A stretch of 64,000 nucleotides of DNA from Candidatus Bathyarchaeia archaeon (GTDB taxonomy: Archaea; Thermoproteota; Bathyarchaeia; Bathyarchaeales; Bathycorpusculaceae), in assembly GCA_050015395.1 (NCBI GenBank), contig JBEKBM010000018.1:1-64000 (forward strand), read 5' to 3'. A program made the translations under genes and the position numbers. The notes below the pieces were generated by a model. It saw only the letters and a list, made by a program, of their open reading frames with translations. It ran no database searches and was not told the origin of the DNA. Below are positions 28,639 through 38,835 of this stretch, one piece after another; the stretch's first letter is position 1; each line of letters starts with the position of its first letter.

Positions 28639-29994
28639 TTATGTTTCTTTTGCCACCTCATTAATCGTATCTTCAACGATGTCCAGCGCTGAGCCTAGCA
28701 GGTCACTTTGTATAGTAAGCGGTGGAACTATCCTTAGCGTTGAAGCACCACAAGTAACAAGTGCTACTCCACGTTTCCAGGAGCGCAAAATAACCTGATA
28801 AGCCTTCTGCGGTGCAGGCTTTTTTGTTTCCTTTTCTTCCACAAGCTCGACACCAATCATTAGACCTTTGCCACGTACATCTCCAACTATGTTGCTGGTT
28901 TCTTTCAAGTCCTCCAACCTTTTCATTGCATAAGCTCCTTGCTTGTTGGCGTTATCAAGCAACTGCTGCTCCTTAATGACGTCTATAACTGCGGCTGCCG
29001 CTGCACATGATAGTGGATTTCCGCCGAAAGTGCTTGCGTGCGAACCACCAGTCCAATCCATAATTTTCGCTTTAGCAATTGTTGCGCCGATGGGTAAGCC
29101 TGAAGCTAAAGCCTTTGCAGCGCAGATTATGTCTGGTTCGATGCTCCAGTGTTCAATGGCGAACCATTTTCCTGTTCTGCCTATGCCAGATTGCACTTCA
29201 TCGTCGATAAGCAGTAAACCATTCTTGTCAGCGATTTTCTTTAGCTTTTGGAAAAACTCTGGCGGAGGAACCACATAGCCCCCTTCTCCCTGGATTGGTT
29301 CAAAAAGAATCGCTGCCACATCTTCAGGAGGCATATACTTTTGGAGTACTTGCTCTTCGATAAAGTCTGCGCACCAGTAGTTACAGTTTGGCTGTTCCAA
29401 TTTGAATGGGCAACGGTAACAATAGGGATAAGGAACATGAGATACACCAGGCATAAAGGGAGAAAAATGTCTCCTTTGCGCCGGTTTGCTGGTGGTAAAA
29501 GCTAACGAACCCATCGTGCGCCCATGGAAAGCGTTGATGAAGCCAATAAATAATGGTTTACGCGTGTGCCATCTAGCAAGCTTTACTGCCGCTTCAACCG
29601 CTTCAGTGCCGCTGTTGCCAAAATAGGTCTTTTTCTCAAATTCGCCAGGGGCTATTTTTGCTAATTTTTCTGCTAGGTTGATTACTTCTTTGTAGTAGAA
29701 GTCAGTGTTAGAATAATGCAGAAAACGGTCACATTGACCTTTTATGGCCTCAACCACGCGAGGGTGATTATGACCAACGTTCATACAGGCTATGCCAGAG
29801 TTAAGGTCAATGTACTCGTTTCCATCAACGTCCTTAACTATGCAATCGTTTGCTGACTCAACAACAAGGGGGTAATACCGCATGTATGATGGGGAAACAA
29901 ACTGTTCATCCTTCTGCACAAGCTCTCTAGCTCTAGGACCAGGTGGGGAAACAACAATTTTTGGATAAACAACCATTTCGAATAACTCCAACAA
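28639..29994 (-). CDS. Class III PLP aminotransferase (acetylornithine/4-aminobutyrate family)
   Basis: NSGTEA, FHGRT, EPIQGEGG, DEVQSG, AKAL, STFGGN. Confidence 0.93.
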   Translation of the reverse strand: MLELFEMVVYPKIVVSPPGPRARELVQKDEQFVSPSYMRYYPLVVESANDCIVKDVDGNEYIDLNSGIACMNVGHNHPRVVEAIKGQCDRFLHYSNTDFYYKEVINLAEKLAKIAPGEFEKKTYFGNSGTEAVEAAVKLARWHTRKPLFIGFINAFHGRTMGSLAFTTSKPAQRRHFSPFMPGVSHVPYPYCYRCPFKLEQPNCNYWCADFIEEQVLQKYMPPEDVAAILFEPIQGEGGYVVPPPEFFQKLKKIADKNGLLLIDDEVQSGIGRTGKWFAIEHWSIEPDIICAAKALASGLPIGATIAKAKIMDWTGGSHASTFGGNPLSCAAAAAVIDVIKEQQLLDNANKQGAYAMKRLEDLKETSNIVGDVRGKGLMIGVELVEEKETKKPAPQKAYQVILRSWKRGVALVTCGASTLRIVPPLTIQSDLLGSALDIVEDTINEVAKET

Positions 29995-30053
29995 AAGCGA
30001 CTAGTAAAGAGGCAATATTAACCTTTACGCACCAAGAAATACAGCGGTTTAGC

Positions 30054-31877
30054 TTATAGGAGCACTAGGAGCAAGATTAAAACCAGTCCTTCCAACCCGA
30101 AGACTGGAAGCAACGTTTGTTTTGCCTTTTTAATTGACTTATCGACAAGAATAGTCATTGATTGCAAACGGGCTTCTCCGATTACTCTAACTTGGGGAAC
30201 AACAAAATGTATGCATCCAGCCTTGGATGTTTCTAGGTTTGCCTCTGCCTTTTTTGCCACGTCACAAATATAACGAATCAGTATCTCGTGGCTCATAACT
30301 TCACCGACAGGGTGGTAACCACGCCGTCCAGTAACTATGGCGCTTACAGCGTGAGTGTCTGTAGTGAAAACTTCGCTTTCATCAAAACCTACAGAAGTTA
30401 AAGCGGCAAGGATTTTTTCCCTTAAACCAGAAATCATGTTGTTTCCATCAATTACTACGTAAGCGGTTTTCTGTTTCTCTACTTGAACAACTATCGCAGT
30501 AATTCCGCCAGTACCCATGCCATCTTTTAAATTAAATTCTTCAGGGAAAACAGTGGCGGCGCCAACCATGAACCGTTTAGTTGGCAATGCAACTGCTTTT
30601 TGAAGGCATTTAGAAGCTGACATCTGCAAGGCATCTAAATATTCTTCAGTATCGACTATGTCGTTGATACTGTTATGGGTGTTAACAACCATAGCTGATT
30701 TTAACCCATACTTTGCAGCTTCCTCACTAACCATGCGTCCTAACTCCTGCGGTAAATCTTCAGTGGTTTTTGGAGCAAGCGTAAAAGAAAGAAACGCAGT
30801 ATCCCCAAAAATTTGGCATGAAGCGGTAGCTACACCCTCAGTAACTTTAACAAAAGGAGAGGCTAAATCAGCTGTTGCCTTAAACTTCGCAGAAGCCATT
30901 ACCTGCGAAACTATTTTGTGATTTTGCGCTTGCGAGGCTAAATCAAGCTCATGCCCAAGAATGCCTAAAGGAACACAAGCGTCACACCCAAATTCTTTTT
31001 CAAACTCGTGCTTAAGAAGAGACGGCAAAAGACTACTGCCTATATTCTTAAATGGACCGGGATGCACAAGAGGAAGAATCAGAGCAGCTTTAGGTTTAGA
31101 AGCGTCAAATTTTAGAAGAGTAACTTCGATATCGGCATTTTCGCCAGTCTTTTCAAATAACTCTTCAAGAGGCGCGTTAAGGCCAACTACCCAGTTAAGC
31201 ATAAAGGCTCTAAATAATGGCAAAGAAGGCATCGAATAGGTCTTCTGACCCAAACGGTCTAGGGATGAAAGGAACAGGAAAACTGCAAGACAGCCAATTA
31301 TTGGAGAAATAACTAAGAAGGGTAACAGATTTAGAATGGCACTTGAAATGCCAGTCCAAAAAGCAGTCCAAAAAACAAGAAGTGCTACTATGCAGAGGGT
31401 TGGATTTAGCAAAACGGACACCAGTTTTCTCCACGTTGCAGCCGATGATGTTGCAATAAACACGACTGCTCTCAGAGTTATGACAGCGGCATAACCTAAA
31501 AGGGAAAGTTTAACACATAATATCAAACCAAATGGAAAACTTAAAGCAACACCTATAACAATGAAAAGGAGCCAAAAAAGCCACCCGAATAAAGAGAGCA
31601 CTGTAGTGCGGCGCAACGAGTAAATTGGATCACCTCTAAGAAGCAGCTTGCTTATTATCAAATCAGCTATAAGCGTTAAAATGAAAAGTGAAAAGCCAAG
31701 AACCAAAACACCAGTTAACCCTTGGGAAGGGGAAGCAACAAAAGTGGAAAGACCAATTACAAAACAGATTACAGCGACTGCAAAAAGCGCTTTTTTGAAT
31801 GATGGAAGGGAAAACATGGAGGAATAGTGTTTCGCTGCACCATCTATTGAGCGATTAAGTGAACTCTTACTCTCCAT
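30054..31877 (-). CDS. DUF2070 family membrane protein
   Basis: N-terminal TMs followed by HPGPF, HELD, DGNN and TTDTH. Confidence 0.88.
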   Translation of the reverse strand: MESKSSLNRSIDGAAKHYSSMFSLPSFKKALFAVAVICFVIGLSTFVASPSQGLTGVLVLGFSLFILTLIADLIISKLLLRGDPIYSLRRTTVLSLFGWLFWLLFIVIGVALSFPFGLILCVKLSLLGYAAVITLRAVVFIATSSAATWRKLVSVLLNPTLCIVALLVFWTAFWTGISSAILNLLPFLVISPIIGCLAVFLFLSSLDRLGQKTYSMPSLPLFRAFMLNWVVGLNAPLEELFEKTGENADIEVTLLKFDASKPKAALILPLVHPGPFKNIGSSLLPSLLKHEFEKEFGCDACVPLGILGHELDLASQAQNHKIVSQVMASAKFKATADLASPFVKVTEGVATASCQIFGDTAFLSFTLAPKTTEDLPQELGRMVSEEAAKYGLKSAMVVNTHNSINDIVDTEEYLDALQMSASKCLQKAVALPTKRFMVGAATVFPEEFNLKDGMGTGGITAIVVQVEKQKTAYVVIDGNNMISGLREKILAALTSVGFDESEVFTTDTHAVSAIVTGRRGYHPVGEVMSHEILIRYICDVAKKAEANLETSKAGCIHFVVPQVRVIGEARLQSMTILVDKSIKKAKQTLLPVFGLEGLVLILLLVLL

Positions 31878-32134
31878 ATTTCCAACTCAGTTAGGCTTCC
31901 TTATGGAATTAGCGAGACTTATTAAAATTTAGCTAAGGTAGCGCTTACATTTTAGGGCAGGAAACACAAATTTTTCTATAACACAACCTTAGGGCAAGTT
32001 TTAATTTAGCATGAAAGAGTTAAAAAACAAGGAAACAAAACGCCACGTTGCCATTTTGAACACAGAAGGCAACATGCTTTTACAGGGAAACTGTTTTATC
32101 TTTAGAAGAACAATCATATTAGTTTGCGAAGTCT

Positions 32135-32425
32135 ATGGCAGATCAAGATTTGCCCCTCTCAATATTTCACATGCTGGAGAGAAACGTGGGCAAGAAAATA
32201 AGAGTTATTATAGATCCAGCTTACGGTTTTGAAGGCACCTTAGCCGCTGTAACGCATGATCCATCAGGAATCTGGCTTTCAGACGCAGAAGCTATCGTTT
32301 TAAGATCAACCATTGCACAGCCTATCCCGCAAGTTACAAGTCGAGAAGAAAGAAGCGAGCTATTTCTTCATTTAAATTCGGTTCAAAGAATAGAAGTTTT
32401 ACACGCCACTGCACCGAGGCGGTAA
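32135..32425 (+). CDS. Divergent Sm/Lsm-fold protein
   Basis: Helix + GKKIRV...FEGTL...LSDA (Sm1-like) and LFLHLNSVQRI (Sm2-like). Confidence 0.55.
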   Translation: MADQDLPLSIFHMLERNVGKKIRVIIDPAYGFEGTLAAVTHDPSGIWLSDAEAIVLRSTIAQPIPQVTSREERSELFLHLNSVQRIEVLHATAPRR

Positions 32426-32443
32426 AGTCAGCGTTTAACCTGC

Positions 32444-32614
32444 CTAGAACACTTTTATTAAAACAGAAAGAACTATCAATGAGACGGCAAAGACGACAAG
32501 CAGTTCAGGTCTAATTTTTATTCCTTCGGTCTCTTCCTCAAAGAACCTCAGCAAACCCGCACTTGCCGCAGGCATTGGACCTGTATCTTTCTTCTTTTTT
32601 CGTCTACTACTCAC
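32444..32614 (-). CDS. secG: Preprotein translocase subunit Sec61beta/SecG
   Basis: SAGLLRFFEEE...IKIRPE plus a C-terminal TM. The real gene is the 3' end of the 179-aa track ORF, starting at GTG 32614 or TTG 32617. Confidence 0.92.
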   Translation of the reverse strand: MSSRRKKKKDTGPMPAASAGLLRFFEEETEGIKIRPELLVVFAVSLIVLSVLIKVF

Positions 32615-32741
32615 CAAATATCCCTGCCCTTTCAATGTACTATTTGCATTAATTAATGTTACGCAGATTCCAAATTTTTTAGGGTATTGATAATATTTAA
32701 CTTGCGCAGAGTTAAGAGTAACCACTAAATCTGGTGGATCT

Positions 32742-33032
32742 ATGCAAATACGTGAATTCCAAGAAATGATGCGGCGGCTATATTTCAAAAGAGACACCGA
32801 ACGTGGAGTAGGCGGAACATACAATTGGCTTGTTGATGAGGTTGCAGAGTTAGGAGAAGAATTGAAAGGAGGAACAGATAAAGAGGCTGCTGAGAAAGAA
32901 TTTGCAGATGTAATTGCGTGGCTTGCGTCTCTTGCTAACATAATGGGAATCGACCTTGAAAGAGCAGCCATCAAGAAATACAACTACAAATGCCCAAAAT
33001 GCCAACAATCACCATGTCAATGCACATTCTAA
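32742..33032 (+). CDS. MazG-like nucleotide pyrophosphohydrolase
   Basis: DEVAEL...EFADVIAWLASLAN and a C-terminal CPKC..PCQC. Confidence 0.9.
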   Translation: MQIREFQEMMRRLYFKRDTERGVGGTYNWLVDEVAELGEELKGGTDKEAAEKEFADVIAWLASLANIMGIDLERAAIKKYNYKCPKCQQSPCQCTF

Positions 33033-33280
33033 CTAACTAAGCGTTTCTGCCCTAAACCTGTAGACGCCCAATAATATGGTCTACGTCCTTTATGGTGAAC
33101 TATGCCTTCGTTTTCAAGAAGGTGCAAGTGATGCATGACAACACCATAAGATAAAGACGCTTCCTTTGCTATCCTTACTGCATCACATGGCTCGCTCTCG
33201 AGAGTGTCTAGGATTTTGGTTCTGGCTTTAACACCGTTACTTACGTTTCGTACATTTCTTAAGTAGGCATTCGGATGCAA
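33029..33280 (-). CDS. Small winged-helix (ArsR-like) protein
   Basis: RTKIL...IAKEASLSYGVVMHHLHLLENEGIV. Confidence 0.8.
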   Translation of the reverse strand: MHPNAYLRNVRNVSNGVKARTKILDTLESEPCDAVRIAKEASLSYGVVMHHLHLLENEGIVHHKGRRPYYWASTGLGQKRLVS

Positions 33281-33341
33281 AGAGGCCCTTATACCATTTC
33301 ACCGATAGATAAACAGGCGGTTTACATTGAAAAGCTTTAGC

Positions 33342-36300
33342 TTAGGTAAAATCAGAAAGGCTGACCTGCTTTGGCTTTTTGTTATCGAACATGGAAGCTA
33401 TTTCTTCTTTTATGAGGTCCATGCGCTGGGTGTAATAGTTTGGTAAACCATATGTGTCAACAAGTTGCTGAGCCGCCACCAGATACTTCTCTATGCCACC
33501 ACGGTAAACAGTAAGAGTCAGCTTTCCACCACAGAAGGGGCATTTCCCTTTGAGAGGCAGTCGACGGAACTTTTTGTTGCATGATTTGCACCTAAACGCT
33601 TGCGTTGAGAAAGCACGTAAATTCCCTGCTATGTCTCTCATGAAATGAGTGGTTAAAACTTTTAAGGCGACACACTTGACATCTACAGCGTCAATTTTTT
33701 CGCCTAACTCCAGTTGCATATTAAGTTTTTCAATCATTGATTTGAATTCTTTGTAGGCGCTGTTAGCGTTGCCGAGGTTTATGTTTGTCACGGGAGTTGT
33801 GTACTGGAAGCCTTCAAACTGCGCTTCAGTCCCAAGCCTATGACTGATAACGTCCATAATTGAGCTCACTGGTCTAGCTTCAGCTTTCTCTAGAGTTTTT
33901 TGGTAAAATTCAAGCGGATAAGAAGCGTCAACGTCAAAATCATGCGCTTGTCTCTGCACTTCTTTTGTGTTAACAAACGGAATTAAGAGTATCGGAGCAT
34001 CCATAATTCCGCCTATCTGAGCAGGCAAATAGACACGAGAAAAGTTCAGAAGCGTATCCAATGCCAGCATAATCGCGTCTTCATCACCATCGCAGTCACG
34101 ACGTTTGGCTGAGTGCCAAATCGGATGAGCGTAAATCACGTTACGATCCGTGTAACCAACTATGCGGCCTAAAATGCAAGCACATGTGTGGGGAGCTAAG
34201 CCAAAAACCAAATGCCCAACAAGGTCTTCAGGCTTCTTAACGTTATAGTAAGCTGGAAGCTTGTAGACCCTTGCCAGCAGGTCATCAATGAAAGCTGCGA
34301 TCTGAATAAAGTATTCCCCTGCCTTCCAAGGAATTACAATATCCTGAACCTTAAGCTCACAAACCTGATTAGGATCAGCCAAAGATGCGCCGTGCGTGTC
34401 ATAGCAGTACCCTAACTGCCTGATCTTTTCAACGGGCACTCCAACTTCGGCAGGCGTAAAATGCGTTAAAGGAGCATTTGTAGCATCAAAACGAATTGTT
34501 CCATCCTTGTAAACTGATAAATCGTACCTTGCCCGCAACACTCCTTTTTCGATAATTTCAGGTGTTTTATCCTGATTAATTAATCCTTTAACACCACGTA
34601 GCATTTTTGGAACAGGATAATTAAGTGACTTGCATGCTGCATCAACCATTTCTTTAAAGTTAATCGGTTGCCGCTGGTACTGGACAGCACCCGTTTTACA
34701 GGTGGGGCAACTGTTATCCTTCAAAGCTCTACCACAACGAGGACAACTATTCTCTGCTATAGTGGCGCATCCGCAACTGGAGCATTTTACCCTTAAAGCA
34801 TAAGTTTTACAGTTAGGACACTTCCTCTTAACCATCTCGACAAACACAGGGCCCTGCTTTGCAGCTTCCAAAAGGTCTCTATGTGAACCGCCAGCTAAGC
34901 TTACTGGAAAAAGAACGTGGACAAGAGGCTTCATCTCCCGCCTTTTAGCTTTCTCGGGTCTTCCCATGCGTGCACCCACAAAGGTAGGCGCTTTGTCCTT
35001 AACTTGCACTCCTGAAAGCTGACTAATTGCCCCAAACACTGTAGCAGTCTGGGTACTGTCAACCATGTTTGTGGTACCGTAACCAAGACAGAACGCTAAA
35101 GCGGCAGCATCTTCGCCTTCCAGCAAAATCTTATTACTTATTAGTTTATGTGGAGCAAAGATCAGCCTAAGTAATCTTACAACATCTTCGTTGGCTTCGC
35201 CGGAAATTTTGCAAACGACTCCATCTTCAAAGGCAACTTCACAAGAAGCCAACCACTTTTTCAGCAACTCAACCTCTTGAACACTGGATAAGCTTGACCA
35301 AAAGAATGTACGAGCTGGGTGCAAAGGTATGCTCAGGCGCACGCTGAGAAGTATTGCCTCTTTAGTCGTAGGTTTATTCCTAAACGGGTCATCCAGAAAA
35401 CTATTTAGCCTTCCCACAGAAACCTGAGTAGCTTCTGCTGCTTTCTCATAATCTAAGCTAAATTTTTCCGTAAGAGCCCCCTGTAGGTCTTTAACCCACC
35501 ATTCCTCAACGTACCCTGAAGGAGAAAGCCCCTTGCCAGTATAGAGAAAATCGCCAAAACTAATCAGGATATCCCCTAAAAACAAGATTTTTTGGACCTT
35601 ACCTTTAACTTCTGCAAAATTTTCCAATGTTACTCGTACCACAGAGTTATCATTCAGCAAAACAATGGGAGGCTCAATAGTATCCACAGGGAGTGTAACG
35701 CAACCTTTTCCTGGAAGCTCTAAACGCATTTGGGTGCCTGCAGCAAGAAAACTCTCTACAACAAGCATAGTGGCGGGATGAATGCCTACAGCTGAAAGGC
35801 CAGTGTTTCGTGATCTGCCATACCTTAACCTAAAGCCACCACGTCTTGAAGGAAAAGCGAAAATTGGTCGTCCGGCAATCACATCATCCATAAAGCCGCC
35901 TGATTTCTCTTCGGATTTCTTTTTTAATTCTCTTAGCCAGTCCCAACCTTGAAAACCAAGCTTTTCAATAATTACCAAAACTTTTTGGGCACGTCCAACG
36001 ATGCCGTCGTTTACTACTCTTAGGGCTCCGCCTCTTACACGGTTAGTTTCTATCCGTGGAAGGTTTCGATATGAGGAAACTTCTACTGGGTCTGATTCAG
36101 TGCCTGTGACTTCAACAGGAATTAGATTAAGTGCCTTCTTTAATTCGTCATCAGGAATGTGATATTGAAAACGGCCCACTGACCGTTCATATAATCTTAA
36201 CTCTTCTATAAAACGGGAGATTTCTTCATCTGTAGGCTTGTATTTATCTAAGCCTAATTGGCGGCGTACGAAATCGCCTACGACCAAAGTTAACGCTTGG

Positions 36301-36752
36301 TCTGTTCCGCCTGCTGACCTGATTGGCCCTGCAAAGTAAATAGCCAGATAGCGTGTTCTATCGGCGTTTGTTTTTATTTTAACTTGAGCTATGCCTTGTA
36401 TTGGCGCTGCAGTTAAGCCTTCAGTGAAAATTGCCAGGGCAGTTCGAATCGCTTGTTCAGCCGCTTTTTCAGGTTCCATGTGACCGAATTTGCCCAGAAC
36501 GATTTCTTCAGCAACTTTAAATGCGATTTCTTCTCTTTGCATTTTAGTGCCTAATTCTCTGATGCTGAGCGCCACTTCTTTGGGCCCTACTAGCCCTTCT
36601 ACTAAGTCAGCAATGTCTTGGGCAATAATGCACTCAGTTTTTAACGAGGGATCAAAGCCTTCTGATCTAGCGCTGTCGCTTATAGCATACAATCGCTTTA
36701 GCTCATTTTCCATTGCGTCAACGTAGTTTTGATAGCCCTTGCTGATATTCAA
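33342..36752 (-). CDS. polC: DNA polymerase II (PolD) large subunit DP2
   Basis: AGPIRSAGGT, GGFRLRYGRSR, RMGRPEKA, RRDCDGDED and C-terminal Zn fingers. No intein is evident. Confidence 0.98.
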   Translation of the reverse strand: MNISKGYQNYVDAMENELKRLYAISDSARSEGFDPSLKTECIIAQDIADLVEGLVGPKEVALSIRELGTKMQREEIAFKVAEEIVLGKFGHMEPEKAAEQAIRTALAIFTEGLTAAPIQGIAQVKIKTNADRTRYLAIYFAGPIRSAGGTDQALTLVVGDFVRRQLGLDKYKPTDEEISRFIEELRLYERSVGRFQYHIPDDELKKALNLIPVEVTGTESDPVEVSSYRNLPRIETNRVRGGALRVVNDGIVGRAQKVLVIIEKLGFQGWDWLRELKKKSEEKSGGFMDDVIAGRPIFAFPSRRGGFRLRYGRSRNTGLSAVGIHPATMLVVESFLAAGTQMRLELPGKGCVTLPVDTIEPPIVLLNDNSVVRVTLENFAEVKGKVQKILFLGDILISFGDFLYTGKGLSPSGYVEEWWVKDLQGALTEKFSLDYEKAAEATQVSVGRLNSFLDDPFRNKPTTKEAILLSVRLSIPLHPARTFFWSSLSSVQEVELLKKWLASCEVAFEDGVVCKISGEANEDVVRLLRLIFAPHKLISNKILLEGEDAAALAFCLGYGTTNMVDSTQTATVFGAISQLSGVQVKDKAPTFVGARMGRPEKAKRREMKPLVHVLFPVSLAGGSHRDLLEAAKQGPVFVEMVKRKCPNCKTYALRVKCSSCGCATIAENSCPRCGRALKDNSCPTCKTGAVQYQRQPINFKEMVDAACKSLNYPVPKMLRGVKGLINQDKTPEIIEKGVLRARYDLSVYKDGTIRFDATNAPLTHFTPAEVGVPVEKIRQLGYCYDTHGASLADPNQVCELKVQDIVIPWKAGEYFIQIAAFIDDLLARVYKLPAYYNVKKPEDLVGHLVFGLAPHTCACILGRIVGYTDRNVIYAHPIWHSAKRRDCDGDEDAIMLALDTLLNFSRVYLPAQIGGIMDAPILLIPFVNTKEVQRQAHDFDVDASYPLEFYQKTLEKAEARPVSSIMDVISHRLGTEAQFEGFQYTTPVTNINLGNANSAYKEFKSMIEKLNMQLELGEKIDAVDVKCVALKVLTTHFMRDIAGNLRAFSTQAFRCKSCNKKFRRLPLKGKCPFCGGKLTLTVYRGGIEKYLVAAQQLVDTYGLPNYYTQRMDLIKEEIASMFDNKKPKQVSLSDFT

Positions 36753-36840
36753 AGCGCAACTTCCAGTGGCAACATATAGAGTAATGGCTTATTTTGGCTT
36801 TCTAGAAACTAAATACAAAAGGCAAGAGGAACTTTGAGCA

Positions 36841-37593
36841 TTAAACCTTAATACCTTTAATTGCCCCGATGATTTCAGAAACCCTTTGCTTAGCATCACT
36901 CGTCTCAGTGACGTTGCCGGTGACGATTATGTCTGCTCCTGCAGAGACAGCAACCATTGCTTGCTCTTTAGTTCTTATTCCCCCGCCTACTATGAGGGGA
37001 ATTTCAAGCAAATGTTTGACTGCGTGAATCATTTCTGGGGGTACAGGGTTTGCTGCTCCAGAACCGCCTTCCAGATAAATGAAGCGCATCCCAAGGTATT
37101 GACCTGCAAGGGCATGAGCGGCTGCAAGTTCAGGCTTTGTATACGGTACTGAGATAGCTTTTCCTACTATGCCGGCAGTGCCGCCATCCCCAACGATTAT
37201 GTAACCCATAGAAATAGGTTCCAAACCGTACTTTTTAACAATTGGGGCGCCAAGAATCTGGGCGCCCATGAGAAAATAAGGATCAACCGAATTCAGAAGC
37301 GACATAAACCATATGGCGTCTGCATAGCTACTAATTCCAGTTATGTTGTTTGGGAACAGTATTGTAGGAATTTTTACGGAAGACTTTATGGCTTTTACGA
37401 CGTCGTCAAGGTGGGCTTGAGACGCAAATGTTGAGCCTCCAATCATTATGGCGGCGGTTCCGCTATTTTCAGAGTTTTCAGCAATGTGCGAAGCTTGTAG
37501 GGCTGATACTTTTTCTGGGTCGATGAGGGTTATGTGGATTGAACCTTCGGTTTTTATTTTTTCGAGTAAGTACTTTTCGATAGGCCCTAGCAA
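36841..37593 (-). CDS. Geranylgeranylglyceryl phosphate synthase
   Basis: LIDPEK, IGGS, FMSLLNS, YLEGGSGA, VGGGIR. Confidence 0.94.
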   Translation of the reverse strand: MLGPIEKYLLEKIKTEGSIHITLIDPEKVSALQASHIAENSENSGTAAIMIGGSTFASQAHLDDVVKAIKSSVKIPTILFPNNITGISSYADAIWFMSLLNSVDPYFLMGAQILGAPIVKKYGLEPISMGYIIVGDGGTAGIVGKAISVPYTKPELAAAHALAGQYLGMRFIYLEGGSGAANPVPPEMIHAVKHLLEIPLIVGGGIRTKEQAMVAVSAGADIIVTGNVTETSDAKQRVSEIIGAIKGIKV

Positions 37594-37609
37594 AGTGATA
37601 ATCCTTCGA

Positions 37610-37879
37610 TTACTCTTTTTTTACGTTTGTTACAGGTGTTCTTTTTGTAGAACCATAAACGCGGTCTGTTAGCATACAGTAAACGTCAACTTCACCTTGG
37701 GCAGGTTTAACTGGGAATTCTTCTTTAAGACCGCAGCCACTGCATTGTGCAACGGCATGGCCACCGTCTTCTCTGAATATTTCAACTTTAACTGTCTCTT
37801 TTCCGCATGTTGGGCAAGAGAAGAATTTAGGTAAACGTTTCTTAGGAATATGAACTACTTTTTTCCTTCTTCGCCCCAA
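37610..37879 (-). CDS. elf1: Transcription elongation factor Elf1
   Basis: MGRRRKK, FSCPTCG...CSGCG, VDVY. Confidence 0.9.
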   Translation of the reverse strand: MGRRRKKVVHIPKKRLPKFFSCPTCGKETVKVEIFREDGGHAVAQCSGCGLKEEFPVKPAQGEVDVYCMLTDRVYGSTKRTPVTNVKKE

Positions 37880-37979
37880 TTATAACAGCCTTCTAAATCG
37901 ATGGTAATGTTGATTAATATTTATGCTTGTCCTTAAATACTTGCCTAGAAACCAAGAATATGAGGCTGCGTGAAGCCAA

Positions 37980-38822
37980 GTGAAATTAACGCCTTCTGTC
38001 TTAGAAATGGACTTCTCAGAAGCTCAAAAAAGAATTTGCCGCTTTATTAAAGAGTACGTGGAAAACGCTGGAGCAAAAGGCATAGTGCTTGGCCTATCAG
38101 GAGGAATCGACAGCGCAACAATAGCAGCACTTTCAAGCCTTGCAATAGGCGGAGACAATGTGTTAGCTCTTATGCTACCGGAAAAAGAAAACTTTAACCA
38201 AAAAGACATCGACGATGCAAAAGTTGTTGCAGACAAATTTAAATTGCAAACACAAATCTGTGACATATCAAGTGTTTTAGAATGCTTCTACAAGGGTATT
38301 CCAGTGTTTGAGCCAAAAGACAAGCTTTGTAAAGGTAACATTAAAGCAAGAACTAGAATGATTTACCTCTACTATTACGGTAACAAGCTTAACAGAATCG
38401 TTTGCGGAAGTTCCGACAAATCAGAAACAATGATGGGTTATTTCACTAAGTGGGGAGACGCTGCAGCTGACATAACGCCAATTATGGATTTATACAAAAC
38501 ACAAGTCCGCAAACTCGCAATTCATTTAGGAATCCCAGAGGAGCTTGCATTAAAACCCTCCACACCAGCGCTTTGGCCAAACCAAACTGCAGAAAACGAA
38601 CTTGGAATCAAATATGAAACATTAGACCTAATTCTTTATGGGCTGGAGCGGTTTATGATTACTGAAGAGATTGCTAATCAACTCATCATTCATAAATCAA
38701 TTGTAGAAAAAGTTAAGGCCCGATGGCTCGCAAATGAACATAAAAGGAGAAATCCGATAGCCCCAAAAATTGGGTATAGAACTGTGGGAAATGATTTTAG
38801 GCTCCCAAGACATACATATTGA
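37980..38822 (+). CDS. nadE: NAD+ synthetase
   Basis: GLSGGIDS, NIKARTRM, GYFTKWGD, LYKTQV, EHKRR. Confidence 0.96.
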   Translation: MKLTPSVLEMDFSEAQKRICRFIKEYVENAGAKGIVLGLSGGIDSATIAALSSLAIGGDNVLALMLPEKENFNQKDIDDAKVVADKFKLQTQICDISSVLECFYKGIPVFEPKDKLCKGNIKARTRMIYLYYYGNKLNRIVCGSSDKSETMMGYFTKWGDAAADITPIMDLYKTQVRKLAIHLGIPEELALKPSTPALWPNQTAENELGIKYETLDLILYGLERFMITEEIANQLIIHKSIVEKVKARWLANEHKRRNPIAPKIGYRTVGNDFRLPRHTY

Positions 38823-38835
38823 AAGTGGAAACGAC

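Noticed and set aside
32444-32983. 179-aa minus-strand ORF from the track
   Set aside because: Its 5' two-thirds is antisense to the MazG gene. Only the last ~56 codons encode Sec61beta.
33342-36752. Intein in PolD DP2 (also checked Cdc6)
   Set aside because: Lengths are normal and no intein splice-junction or LAGLIDADG motifs were seen.
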